Positions 18,902-28,555 of a stretch of DNA of 64,000 bases are shown here, one piece after another. Position 1 is the first letter of the stretch, and each line of letters starts with the position of its first letter. The notes beneath the pieces were generated by a model. That model was not told the origin of the DNA. It saw only the letters and a program-made list of their open reading frames with translations, and made no database searches. The stretch is from Patescibacteria group bacterium UBA5147 (lineage in GTDB: Bacteria > Patescibacteriota > Saccharimonadia > UBA4664), in assembly GCA_002415345.1 (NCBI GenBank), contig DHXV01000003.1:24213-88212 (forward strand), read 5' to 3'. Made by a program: the position numbers and the translations under genes.

Positions 18902-19953
18902 CGGGAGGCAGATGGCTGCAGGCCGTCCTGTCGGCGGTGATGCTTGCCGCCCTACCGGCGAGCGGTAACTACCAGCTCAATTCCTACGGGTTCGGCACAG
19001 GCGGCACTGCCGGGACCAGTTCGGCCAACTACTCCATTAACGGCATCGCCGGGGATATGGCCGGATCTGCGGCTTCGGCCAATTTTAAAATCGGCGGGGG
19101 GGAAACCTTCGCTAAACAGGCTGATGCCCCCACGGTAACAATCGCTAACAATGCCCAGTGGTATAACAAACTGCTGCTGACGATAGGTCCCGAAGGCAAT
19201 CCTAGCGATGCGCTGTTTGCGGTGGCCATCTCCACCGACAGCTTTGCGACCACCCAGTATGTTAAAAGCGACCTGACTGTGGGCTCGAGCCTGACTCTGG
19301 CCGATTACCAGACTTATGCCGCCTTTGGCAGCGGGAGCGGGGTCTTGATCCGCGGGCTTAAATCGGGAACGGTGTATACCGTAAAAGCCAAAGCGTACCG
19401 CGGCCATTACACGGAGTCCGGCTACGGGCCAACTGCCAACGTCGCGACGGCCGACCCGCAATTATCATTCGACATCAATGTATCAGCAGCCAACACCGTG
19501 ACGGCGCCGCCATATGTCGCGAGCTTCGGTAACCTGTTGCCGAGCAGTGTGACTAATGCCCCTCTGCCGATATGGATTAACTTTGCCTCCAACGCCGAGT
19601 CGGGCGGGAACGTGTATCTCACGGGCCAGAACGCCGGCCTCAGGTCGGCGACCAGCACCTATACCATTGCTTCGCAGTCGGGCGATATCAGCGCGCTCAG
19701 CGAAGGTTTCGGTGCTCAGGTTGCAAGCGTTACTCAAACCTCCGGCGGCCCGTTGTCGGCCTCGGCGCCTTATAACGGCGGCGGATCCATCGTCGGTATC
19801 GCGGACACGGTTTATCGGACCATCATAACGGCCACGGCGCCGGTCGTAGGCGGCCAAAGCTCGGTAACACTCAAGGCCAAGTCCCAGGCGTTGACCCCGG
19901 CTTCCAGTGATTATTCCGAGCTACTGACTCTTGTGGCAGCGGCCAGTTTCTAA
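18889..19953 (+). CDS. secreted surface-subunit family protein, subfamily A
   Basis: Signal peptide, N-terminal NY.LN...G.GG...SANF repeats shared with 34036-34800, Thr/Ser/Gly/Ala-rich body. C-terminus DYSELLTLVAAASF (family motif). Confidence 0.6.
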   Translation: MDPVTGGRWLQAVLSAVMLAALPASGNYQLNSYGFGTGGTAGTSSANYSINGIAGDMAGSAASANFKIGGGETFAKQADAPTVTIANNAQWYNKLLLTIGPEGNPSDALFAVAISTDSFATTQYVKSDLTVGSSLTLADYQTYAAFGSGSGVLIRGLKSGTVYTVKAKAYRGHYTESGYGPTANVATADPQLSFDINVSAANTVTAPPYVASFGNLLPSSVTNAPLPIWINFASNAESGGNVYLTGQNAGLRSATSTYTIASQSGDISALSEGFGAQVASVTQTSGGPLSASAPYNGGGSIVGIADTVYRTIITATAPVVGGQSSVTLKAKSQALTPASSDYSELLTLVAAASF

Positions 19954-20094
19954 TGATGTGGTGTTGTGGAAAAGAAACGTTGTAAAAAGTGTTGACAAGC
20001 CTAAGCGTATTGCTGTAAATTAAGCGTAAGTAGTTTTAAAAACAAAACGTCGGTGGAAAAACTAAACACGCCTCCGACAGAAAATAAACCAAAA

Positions 20095-21213
20095 ATGAAA
20101 TCCAGAAAATTAAAACTCATCTTTGCTACCACCACGGCTATAGTTTTAGAAATTATGGCACCTACCTTTATTCAGGTGGCTAACGCCGCGAGTGCGCCTC
20201 AGTTCACGGAGACATTTGTGCGGGTTGATCGTCACAAGGCTCTTACACAAACTGGTCTCATGGTCTGTGCCAAGCCGTCGGCGGCCAGTACCGCCGGAAT
20301 TGAAGCGGCAGTGAATATAACGTTACCGACATTGTTGGGCGCGGGCACGGACTTTGTGGTGAACGCGACAGCCGCCAACTGGACGGTAGACGTTTTGAAT
20401 CTACCAACTGAGCCAGGCAGCACCGGCCCAGCCGTGGCTGCAACCGCATGGCCAGGAATCGGAACCGCCACGAATGTCAGCGGACATACCGTAACGTTCC
20501 CATCGGGAGACCTGACAGCTGCGACTCTTTACTGCTTCCACATCTCCGGGACTAACACCTTTACGACCAGTACTGCCGCCGCAGGATCAGCCATCGTTAA
20601 TGCGACTTTGTACACTGAGGACAGCGTTCCGGCTACAATCAACCAAACAAACTGGTCAACCTCGGTAATCACTGACGACCAAATCGTAATCTCCGCCATC
20701 GTACCTCCTAGCTTCTCACTGACTCTCGATGGTAATACCGATGCCTTCCAGTTCAATCTGGACCCGGCCGCCACAATCAGCACCGGCGGCCGTACCGTCA
20801 GCGTCGTCACCAACGCAGTAGGTGGATGGATAGCCTGGGTAAAGGACACCCAGCAGGGCCTATACTCCGCGACGGCTAACTACACCATCCCGACCAAAGG
20901 GACGATCAACGCCACTCCCGAAGCGTTAACGAACGGCACCGAAGGCTACGGATTAGTCACATCCATTACCACGGCCAACGTGGGCGGCTGTACGACGGTA
21001 GTAGATCCGGAGTACAACGGCTCAGCCACCGACGTGGGTGCCTTCAGCGCATCCTTCCAGCCGATCGCCGCCTGTACCAGGACAGGGGCTCCTCCTGGAA
21101 CCTCCGACGGTGACGTGCTCACCCTGATCGAGCGGGCGACCATCAGAGGTGGTACTCCGGCCGGATCAGACTACTCGGACATTCTTACCATCGTCGGAGC
21201 CGGTAACTTCTAA
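20095..21213 (+). CDS. secreted surface-subunit family protein, subfamily B
   Basis: MKSRKLKLIFATTTAIVLEIMAPTFIQVANA signal peptide. The tracked GTG 20053 is 42 nt upstream. ANWTV, YCF.ISGT, AIVPPSFSLTL.GNTD motifs shared with 21337-22419. C-terminus DYSDILTIVGAGNF. Confidence 0.6.
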   Translation: MKSRKLKLIFATTTAIVLEIMAPTFIQVANAASAPQFTETFVRVDRHKALTQTGLMVCAKPSAASTAGIEAAVNITLPTLLGAGTDFVVNATAANWTVDVLNLPTEPGSTGPAVAATAWPGIGTATNVSGHTVTFPSGDLTAATLYCFHISGTNTFTTSTAAAGSAIVNATLYTEDSVPATINQTNWSTSVITDDQIVISAIVPPSFSLTLDGNTDAFQFNLDPAATISTGGRTVSVVTNAVGGWIAWVKDTQQGLYSATANYTIPTKGTINATPEALTNGTEGYGLVTSITTANVGGCTTVVDPEYNGSATDVGAFSASFQPIAACTRTGAPPGTSDGDVLTLIERATIRGGTPAGSDYSDILTIVGAGNF

Positions 21214-21231
21214 ACCGCCTTAATCGAGCAG

Positions 21232-21259
21232 GGAAGCCATGAAAATGGCTTCCTTTTGC
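21232..21259 (+). terminator. rho-independent terminator
   Basis: ggaagccat-gaaa-atggcttcc followed by TTTTGC. Confidence 0.55.
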
Positions 21260-21288
21260 TTGTAGCAGCATTTTGTTCTTGCAACCTG

Positions 21289-21302
21289 CTTATGCTTTAG
21301 CT
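21289..21302 (+). promoter_or_regulatory. CTTATGCT-type extended -10 promoter element (operon 21337-24446)
   Basis: ctgCTTATGCTttagct, 41 nt upstream of the start codon. Confidence 0.35.
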
Positions 21303-21336
21303 AAACTACGTTCAGTAGTGTAGTGAAAGAGGTTAT

Positions 21337-22419
21337 ATGCGGAGCTTACAGCCCCGAGCGATTTATCGAATTGTTATTATTGTGGCAATCGTACTGAGTA
21401 CGTTGTCAGTATTTACTCCTGCTTCAGCTGGGGCTGTCGGCTTTCAACAGGCGTATATCCGCCTGGACCGTCTGAAAGCCAACACGGCAACCGGTGGAAC
21501 CGTTTGTGCCACGCCGGCATCAGCTGCCACGGAAGGCAAAGTAGTTCTAACGTTTCCCTCGACCTATACTCTCAATACCACCGCGGCCAACTGGACCGTC
21601 ACAACAACCAATCTCCCGACGGGCGCCACTGCCTGGGTTGGTATTACGACTGCGACCGCCATTGATAACGTACTAAAAACCGCCACCTTTACATCGGGTG
21701 ATCTCACCGTAGCTACAGAGTACTGCTTTAATTTTTCCGGAACCACCACACTGACCACGGCTGCTAGCGCGGCCACGAACCAACAGGCGAACATTCAGAC
21801 CCAGACGAGCGGTGCAGTCGTGATTGATTTCACCAATATCGCTTTTGCCAACATTAACGATGACCAAATTCTGGTAACCGCCGTGGTCCCGCCATCGTTC
21901 AGCTTCACACTGTCCGGTAACACTGATCCGTTTGTGACCAACCTTGATGCAACCCAGGTGATTTCCACGAGTGGCAAGACAGTTACCGTCACCACCAACG
22001 CCAAAGGCGGCTGGATAGCCTGGGCTAAGGACAGCCAACAGGGCCTGCATTCAGCAACCGCCAACTACACTATCAACACTACCAGCGTGGTATCTGGTTC
22101 ACCGCCCCTAAAACAAGTTTCTGCCGGCGTCGAAGGGTACCTCCTTGATACCGATTTAACTACCGACGCAGCCAGCGGGTGTACACTTGCAATTGACACG
22201 TCTTACGGCGGTACGACTACTGGTGTACCAGTAACTTTGGCAACTGGCGGTGCCTTTAGCGCCAACTTCCAATCGATAGCTGCTTGTACGGGTGCGTCGC
22301 CAGCCTTCTCTGCCGGGGACGTGATCACCCTGATTGAGCGGGCTGCAATTACCAATGCCACGCCAGCTGCCAGCGACTATACTGATATTGTCACTGTTGT
22401 GGGCGCCGGTAACTTTTAG
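21337..22419 (+). CDS. secreted surface-subunit family protein, subfamily B
   Basis: Signal peptide. Paralog of 20095-21213 (ANWTVTTTNLP, YCFNFSGT, AVVPPSFSFTLSGNTD). C-terminus DYTDIVTVVGAGNF. Confidence 0.6.
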   Translation: MRSLQPRAIYRIVIIVAIVLSTLSVFTPASAGAVGFQQAYIRLDRLKANTATGGTVCATPASAATEGKVVLTFPSTYTLNTTAANWTVTTTNLPTGATAWVGITTATAIDNVLKTATFTSGDLTVATEYCFNFSGTTTLTTAASAATNQQANIQTQTSGAVVIDFTNIAFANINDDQILVTAVVPPSFSFTLSGNTDPFVTNLDATQVISTSGKTVTVTTNAKGGWIAWAKDSQQGLHSATANYTINTTSVVSGSPPLKQVSAGVEGYLLDTDLTTDAASGCTLAIDTSYGGTTTGVPVTLATGGAFSANFQSIAACTGASPAFSAGDVITLIERAAITNATPAASDYTDIVTVVGAGNF

Positions 22420-22443
22420 ATCATTTCTGTACAAAGGTCCTTC

Positions 22444-23505
22444 ATGAAGAAACGTTTCCTTCTTTCCCTGTCATTTATCACGCTTATTGGGGCACAAGCT
22501 CTTATCCCCCTAGTTGCTGTGGCGGTCGATTCTAAACCATTAAATCTGATAACCTCGCCGCTACCGATTAACTTGGCGACCGATCCGGGCAAAACCGTGA
22601 GCACGGATCTGAGAATTAAACAGGCCGGCGGCGACACCCAGCGCCTCAAGGTCAGCCTCATGAAATTTGCCGCCTATGGCAGCGAAGGCAAGCCCAGGCT
22701 GGTTGACCGCGGTCCGGGAGACAATTATTTTGACTGGGTAAAATTTGATAAGACCCAGTTCGACGCCCCTTCCAACGTTTGGCAAACAGTGCATATGACG
22801 ATCAACGTTCCTAAGGATGCCGCTTTTGGTTACTACTACGCCGTGGTTTTTAGCCGTGAGGGGGATGACACGCGCCAGGCCGGTAACACCAACGCCATAA
22901 ACGGTGGCACGGCCGTTTTAGTGCTGTTAGATGCCAAGGTGCCCAACGCTGTCCGCTCGCTGCAGTTAAACGCTTTTACGTCCGAACATCGGCTCTACGA
23001 GTTTTTGCCGGCCAAGTTCAAGGTCAGCTTCCACAATAGCGGGAATGTCCATCTGGTCCCGACGGGCAATATTTTCATTAGCAAAGGCAAGACTCAGGTT
23101 GCCACACTATCGATAAATGCTGAACAGGGCAATGTTCTCCCTCAATCCAACCGGGTATACGATAGTAGCTGGGGTGACGGTTACCCTCATAGTGAACCGG
23201 TGGTTGAGGGCGGAAAAACCAAAATCGACGCCAAAAACCAGGAGGTGGACCATTTGGTGTGGAGTAACGGCGAAGGCAAGGACATCACACCCCATCTACG
23301 CATGGGCAAGTATACGGCCCATTTGTTTGCCGTTTACGACGACGGCCAGCGTGACGTACCGGTAGAGAGCGAAATTAGCTTTTGGGTGATCCCGTGGCGC
23401 TTCCTCTTGGCTCTGCTGGGTGTGGCACTACTCATCGGATTCGGCGTCTACGGCTTAATCCGCGGAACCTGGAGCGGGGCGCGTAAGATAGGGCGTAAGA
23501 AATAG
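22444..23505 (+). CDS. two-Ig-domain cell-surface protein with C-terminal TM anchor (CscA/DUF916-DUF3324-like architecture), paralog 1 of 3
   Basis: Signal peptide, beta-rich ectodomain with NSGNVHLVP and GNVLP motifs. C-terminus SFWVIPW + TM + GRKK basic tail. Confidence 0.6.
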   Translation: MKKRFLLSLSFITLIGAQALIPLVAVAVDSKPLNLITSPLPINLATDPGKTVSTDLRIKQAGGDTQRLKVSLMKFAAYGSEGKPRLVDRGPGDNYFDWVKFDKTQFDAPSNVWQTVHMTINVPKDAAFGYYYAVVFSREGDDTRQAGNTNAINGGTAVLVLLDAKVPNAVRSLQLNAFTSEHRLYEFLPAKFKVSFHNSGNVHLVPTGNIFISKGKTQVATLSINAEQGNVLPQSNRVYDSSWGDGYPHSEPVVEGGKTKIDAKNQEVDHLVWSNGEGKDITPHLRMGKYTAHLFAVYDDGQRDVPVESEISFWVIPWRFLLALLGVALLIGFGVYGLIRGTWSGARKIGRKK

Positions 23506-23507
23506 CG

Positions 23508-24446
23508 GTGGCGCTCAGACGCCTGCTAATGGGACTGCTTCTAGCCGGGGGCTTGAGCATTCTGATGGCCCTGCCGGTGCGGGCAGCGAGCCAGGGGTTC
23601 ATTATTTCGCCCGCATTTCAAAGCGTCATCCTGACGGCGGGCCAGACTCACACGCAGTATGCGCTGCAGCTGACCAATTCGACACCCACGGATCAGAATT
23701 TCCGCTTGTCCGCGGTGGATTTCGGCTCGCTTGATGAAAGCGGTGGCGTAGCCTTCCTAGGAATCCCAACCAGCGAACTTGAACATCGGTATGGCTTGGC
23801 AGCCTGGATGAAACTGGGCACCAACACGGTATTTGTAGCGGCGGCGAAGAGCGTCCAGGTAATCGTGACGATTGATAACCGTGCGTCGCTGGCTCCAGGG
23901 GGCCATTATGGGGCGATTTTAGCGACGGCCGTCACCGATACCGGTAAGGATACTGCGGGTGATCCAAGGGTTAACTTGCGCCAGGTATTATCATCCCTGG
24001 TGCTGTTAACCAAAGACGGGGGGATTAACGCTGAGCTCAAACTGACCAGCCAAAGCGTTAACCGGTCCGGGCTGCGGATGCCTAGTGCTACTTCCCAACG
24101 GTTCCAAAATACCGGCAATGTGCATTTGGTACCGCGGGGCACGGTGGTAATAAAAGATCCGGCCGGACGTGTCGTGTCACGCGGAGCGCTCAATGACGGA
24201 TCCGGCACTATCTTGCCCGAGAGTTTTCGCCGCTATGACACACCTCTAATGAGCATCGGCGCCCCCTGGCTACCCGGCCGGTATCAGGCCGTCACGACCT
24301 ATCGCTACGATGGTACCGAACAAACCAAGACGTTGGCGACTAGTTTCTGGTACGTAGGACAAGGAATTGTTTGGATTGCCGCGGTGGCGGTAGTTGGTTG
24401 TGTCGGTTGGCTGGGCTGGTTTTTTTGGCGGCGCAGGCGGAGCTAA
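23508..24446 (+). CDS. two-Ig-domain cell-surface protein with C-terminal TM anchor, paralog 2 of 3
   Basis: NTGNVHLVPRG, GTILPESFRRYD. C-terminus SFWYVGQG + TM + RRRRS. Confidence 0.6.
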   Translation: MALRRLLMGLLLAGGLSILMALPVRAASQGFIISPAFQSVILTAGQTHTQYALQLTNSTPTDQNFRLSAVDFGSLDESGGVAFLGIPTSELEHRYGLAAWMKLGTNTVFVAAAKSVQVIVTIDNRASLAPGGHYGAILATAVTDTGKDTAGDPRVNLRQVLSSLVLLTKDGGINAELKLTSQSVNRSGLRMPSATSQRFQNTGNVHLVPRGTVVIKDPAGRVVSRGALNDGSGTILPESFRRYDTPLMSIGAPWLPGRYQAVTTYRYDGTEQTKTLATSFWYVGQGIVWIAAVAVVGCVGWLGWFFWRRRRS

Positions 24447-24508
24447 CTGGAAGTTGGGTTTTTCCTTATGGTTAAGCCTTATAACTCTTGTGTTTAAGTA
24501 ACAAAACC

Positions 24509-24522
24509 CTTATGCTATAAGG
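24509..24522 (+). promoter_or_regulatory. CTTATGCT-type extended -10 promoter element (giant-protein operon)
   Basis: ccCTTATGCTATAAGgg. TGn + TATAAG, embedded in the inverted repeat CCCTTAT-gct-ATAAGGG. Confidence 0.4.
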
Positions 24523-24539
24523 GTAAATGTTGTTATGGA

Positions 24540-27500
24540 GTGTATCTGCCTAATCGTCTCTCTACGAGTCGAATGTTCAAGGTAGCGGCGGTAGCCATAC
24601 GTCGGCAAAAGACAAAGGCCCTTGCGGTAACTGGTCTTTTAGGCGTTGTGCTGATTACAGCGATAAGTTCGATGCCCGCTCCGGTCATTGCCGCCGTGGG
24701 CATCAACAAAACCATCAACTTTCAGGGGAAAGTCGTCAATACCAACGGCACCAACGTGGCCAACGGCAGCTATACTTTTGTCTTCAAACTCTACACTGTT
24801 GCCAGCGCGGGAAGTGCCAACTGGACCGAATCAAAGTCGCTGACCGTAACCGACGGAGTGTTCCAGACCAACCTCGGTGACGTAACCAGCCTCCCGGGAT
24901 CGGTCGACTTCAACAGCGATAATATCTACATGGGGATTACTTTTTCGACCGATGCTGAAATGAGCCCGCGCATCCAGTTCACGGCCGCGGCTTACGCCTT
25001 TAACTCTGACCGTCTGGGAGGGATTGCGGCGGCCGGTTTCGGTCAACTTAACCCGGGGAGTGCGCAGTCCGGTTCGCTCAATGTTACCGGTAGCATTCAG
25101 GCCGCTACTTCGCTGCAGGCGCCACTGGTGGATACCGCCACGGGTGTGGCCCTGAATATCGGCACGACCACTCAGACCAGCCTGACCCTTGGGCGTAGCG
25201 GTGCGGCCTTCGTTTTGCAGGGTTCATCAACCAGCACGGTTAAAGCCACCTCGGGCGCATTTACCACCACTTTGGGATTCATTACGCCAACGGCCAATAA
25301 TACTATCAGTCTGCCGAATGAGGGGGGTACGCTGTGCATACAGAATTCCGTTAGCTGCGGGTTCCTGACGGGCGCGACTAGCGATTACGTCCAGAACACG
25401 ACAACCCAGCAGGCGAGCAGTAATTTCAATATTTCCGGCATCGGTGTTGCTGCCGTCGCAATCCAAGCACCACTTCATGCTACCGCCGATTCGGCAGTCG
25501 CCGGGACGGCAAATTTGACTCTCCGTACGGGAAATGTGACAGCCGGAAATGCCCTGTCGTCTGGGAACGTTACGATTAAGTCGGGCGACGGAACGGGTAC
25601 CAGCACCAACACCAGCACCGGAAATGTCTCGGTCGATGCCGGAGTCAAGAGCGGCAGCGGATTCGCCGGCAATTTGAATATCGGGACGATCAACGCTCCG
25701 AACGTCACGATTGGCCACAACGGCGCAACTCCTGCAACAGTTTCAATCCAGGGTGCGGCGGCCACTTCGGCTCTCATTATGTCCAATGCCGCCGGTACCT
25801 TTAGCTCGACGATTGCCTTTGCCAACCCTACCGCAACAACCACTACGACTATTAGCAATGCGGGCGGCACGGTTTGTACGACCGTATCGAGCACGTGTTC
25901 TGGGACGTACCTGGTTTCGGGCAGTTATTTGGCAAAAAATGCCGCGGATACTTCCAACGCGGGCGTTGCCGGCTATTTGCTGGGTCTCACCAACACCTCT
26001 GGAAACGTGTTGCAGCTAACTGGTGCCGGCACCGGTTCGGCACTCAGCGTGAGCCAATCCGGCAATCCGGTGGCAGGCTCGGCGGTAATTTTTGCCAACA
26101 ATACCAACGGAACACCGTCAGGCAACCTGATTGATCTGCAAGCTGTGAGCGTCAGCAAGTTCAGCGTGACAAGCGCTGGTGCCGTCACTGCTGCCAGCAC
26201 CATCAATAGCCAGACGATTTCCGCCACCGCTCAGTTTACGGGTACTGTAACATCCGCTGGTGCAGTGACGGTTCAGGCTGGCGGGATTGGAGTGACCGGA
26301 AACTCATCAATCACAGGTACGCTGGGTGTGAGTTCTAACGTCACGGTTTCGGCCGGTAACCTCACGCTGTCAAACGGCACGCTTAGCGTTACCAGTGCGG
26401 CCCAGAACTCCATCAGTGGCGGCCTGCAATTAACCGGCGGCTTGGATAATCAGAGCGGCGGCATAACTAACACCGGTGCCGTGTCCGGCGCAACCACTGT
26501 GACGGCCAACGGCACCATTACCGGCGGCGGGGCGTTCAAATCGGCCGCTGCGGCCTCAACTTCCGCGGTCACCCTGATGTCCGGCAATGCCAGCGCCGGT
26601 ACATCGGGCGACGTTACCGTGGATTCTGGAACCGCCACTTCAACAACCGGCATCGTGAACATCGGGACCTCAAATGCATCGGCTATTAATGTCGGGAACT
26701 CCACGGCTCCCGTTACGGTGCAGGGGAGTGCAACTTCGAAATTGGTGTTTGGCAACAGCACGATTAGTGCTGTCAGCTCGGCTACGGCAGCCACCTATCA
26801 ATTTGCGGCCCCCTCTAGCGCTACAACCTATAACATTTGTACCAGTGACGCCAACTCCTGTACGGCGACCTTCCTCCGCAAGAACATCGTGGGTGAACAA
26901 TCATCGGCAGGCTTGGCCGCAGGGCAATACTTGTATCAGTTCGCCAACACCGGTGCCGCCACAGCAGACGTGTTGCAGCTAAATTCTGGCACCGGCACCG
27001 GTTCAGCCCTTAAGGTAACCGCTGCCGCCAACGCTGCCGCCGGAAACGCCCTGATTTTTGCGGAACTTACTAACGCCTCTATCGGCGGCAATCTGCTGGA
27101 CCTATGGAGCGGTGCCAGCGGCAGTGAGACTAGTAAGTTTGCCGTGGCCGCCAGCGGTGCCGTCACCAGTGGCACCATTAACGGCCAGACATTGGGCGCC
27201 ACTTCACAGCTCGCAATCGTCAACACCTCTGGCCTTCTGACGGCAAACTCCCTCACGGTTACAAACACTGCCAACTTAAACAGCGCTGTAAATGTTACCG
27301 GCCTACTAAGCGCCAATGGCGGGGCCAGCGTTACCGGGGGAATTGCCAATAATGCCGGCGGGATTACTGGGGCCGGGGCAGTGAGCGGAGTAACTGGCAT
27401 TACCTTCAGTTCGGCCGGGGCAATAGATTCCAGCGCCGCCACGGCTATAAACATTGGTACAACGACAGCATCCACCGTCAACATCGGGCGGACGGCGGGA

Positions 27501-28550
27501 TCGTTGTCATTGCAGGGCGCGGCCGCGAGCACTACGCTGGCCGGATCTAACGGTGGCTTTACGACAACGGTTGGTTTCGCCAACCCGATGGCGGCGGTAA
27601 TTTATCAATTCGCCACGGCTACCGCCGGTACTTACCAGCTGTGCTCGACCTACGCGTCAACCTGTGGGAGCACCTACGCGCCCTTTTACGGTGCCGGGTA
27701 TGTTCAGCTGGCACCAGGCTCGGCCCAAACTGATACTTCAACCAATACTGCGTTATTCATTAATAAAACTGCCGGAACTTCGTTGGTTAACTTGCAGGCT
27801 TCGGGGTCAACGGTATTCAATGTCCAGACTAACGGCACAGCCTATCTGGGAGGAGACTCAGCCTCGGCTGCCTTTATGGTGGACACGACCAGTTTCCGCG
27901 TCAAAGTAGGAACAGGCACGCCGAGCCAGTCCGGGGGCACCAACAACGCCACCACTGGGCTATATGTCAGTGGCACCACGGAGCTCGCAGGGTTGGTATT
28001 TATTGGAACCGCGGCCAACAACGCTTCCTTTAGTAATGCCACCAAGGAAGTAACATTCAACGGAACCGCGCGTCACGCCAGGACCTTACGCCTGATTGCC
28101 GAATACGCTGGCGCAGTGCTTGATACCGGTGGAGCCTCCACCGTCAATGGAATTATGACTGCCAGTTTTGATGCTGCGGCATCGCCGACCATGAGCTATT
28201 ACAAATGGACTACCAGCCAGGCAACCAACCAGAGCTATGACGTCGTAGTTACCGTACCGGTGCCTGAAGATTGGGGAGCCTGGAACGGCAACGCGACAAT
28301 CGTGAACTATGGTAGCGGAACCGGAGTATCGGAATCCGTCACCGTTTATGACACTGCCAATGCTATCGATACCAATATCAATACTTCAGCTCTGACGGTG
28401 GCAGGAGCGTGGTCGACCAGAACCCTCCCGGCATATGCAGGAACGTATACGGCTGGTGGGGTAATGAAGCTGCGCATCCATATGGTATCCGGTGCCGGCG
28501 GTGACGTAAGGTTGGGCACAATCTCCTTGCCTTATTTGAGCAAGTGGTAG
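24540..28550 (+). CDS. giant secreted Gly/Thr/Ala/Asn-rich repeat fibre protein (1336 aa)
   Basis: Signal peptide, likely from MFKVAAVAIRR at 24573. Internal tandem modules of about 330 aa (e.g. LQLTGAGTGSALSVSQSGNPVAGSAVIFANNTNG vs LQLNSGTGTGSALKVTAAANAAAGNALIFAELTNA). Four repeats carry a Cys pair (GT[LV]C...S.C). Distinct C-terminal globular domain ending LPYLSKW. Confidence 0.7.
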   Translation: MYLPNRLSTSRMFKVAAVAIRRQKTKALAVTGLLGVVLITAISSMPAPVIAAVGINKTINFQGKVVNTNGTNVANGSYTFVFKLYTVASAGSANWTESKSLTVTDGVFQTNLGDVTSLPGSVDFNSDNIYMGITFSTDAEMSPRIQFTAAAYAFNSDRLGGIAAAGFGQLNPGSAQSGSLNVTGSIQAATSLQAPLVDTATGVALNIGTTTQTSLTLGRSGAAFVLQGSSTSTVKATSGAFTTTLGFITPTANNTISLPNEGGTLCIQNSVSCGFLTGATSDYVQNTTTQQASSNFNISGIGVAAVAIQAPLHATADSAVAGTANLTLRTGNVTAGNALSSGNVTIKSGDGTGTSTNTSTGNVSVDAGVKSGSGFAGNLNIGTINAPNVTIGHNGATPATVSIQGAAATSALIMSNAAGTFSSTIAFANPTATTTTTISNAGGTVCTTVSSTCSGTYLVSGSYLAKNAADTSNAGVAGYLLGLTNTSGNVLQLTGAGTGSALSVSQSGNPVAGSAVIFANNTNGTPSGNLIDLQAVSVSKFSVTSAGAVTAASTINSQTISATAQFTGTVTSAGAVTVQAGGIGVTGNSSITGTLGVSSNVTVSAGNLTLSNGTLSVTSAAQNSISGGLQLTGGLDNQSGGITNTGAVSGATTVTANGTITGGGAFKSAAAASTSAVTLMSGNASAGTSGDVTVDSGTATSTTGIVNIGTSNASAINVGNSTAPVTVQGSATSKLVFGNSTISAVSSATAATYQFAAPSSATTYNICTSDANSCTATFLRKNIVGEQSSAGLAAGQYLYQFANTGAATADVLQLNSGTGTGSALKVTAAANAAAGNALIFAELTNASIGGNLLDLWSGASGSETSKFAVAASGAVTSGTINGQTLGATSQLAIVNTSGLLTANSLTVTNTANLNSAVNVTGLLSANGGASVTGGIANNAGGITGAGAVSGVTGITFSSAGAIDSSAATAINIGTTTASTVNIGRTAGSLSLQGAAASTTLAGSNGGFTTTVGFANPMAAVIYQFATATAGTYQLCSTYASTCGSTYAPFYGAGYVQLAPGSAQTDTSTNTALFINKTAGTSLVNLQASGSTVFNVQTNGTAYLGGDSASAAFMVDTTSFRVKVGTGTPSQSGGTNNATTGLYVSGTTELAGLVFIGTAANNASFSNATKEVTFNGTARHARTLRLIAEYAGAVLDTGGASTVNGIMTASFDAAASPTMSYYKWTTSQATNQSYDVVVTVPVPEDWGAWNGNATIVNYGSGTGVSESVTVYDTANAIDTNINTSALTVAGAWSTRTLPAYAGTYTAGGVMKLRIHMVSGAGGDVRLGTISLPYLSKW

Positions 28551-28555
28551 GGTTG

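Noticed and set aside
25930-27220. Internal nucleotide repeats that could be mistaken for a CRISPR or tandem-repeat locus
   Set aside because: The repeats are long (hundreds of bp), in frame and encode paralogous protein modules of the 1336-aa fibre protein. There are no short direct repeats with unique spacers and no cas genes.
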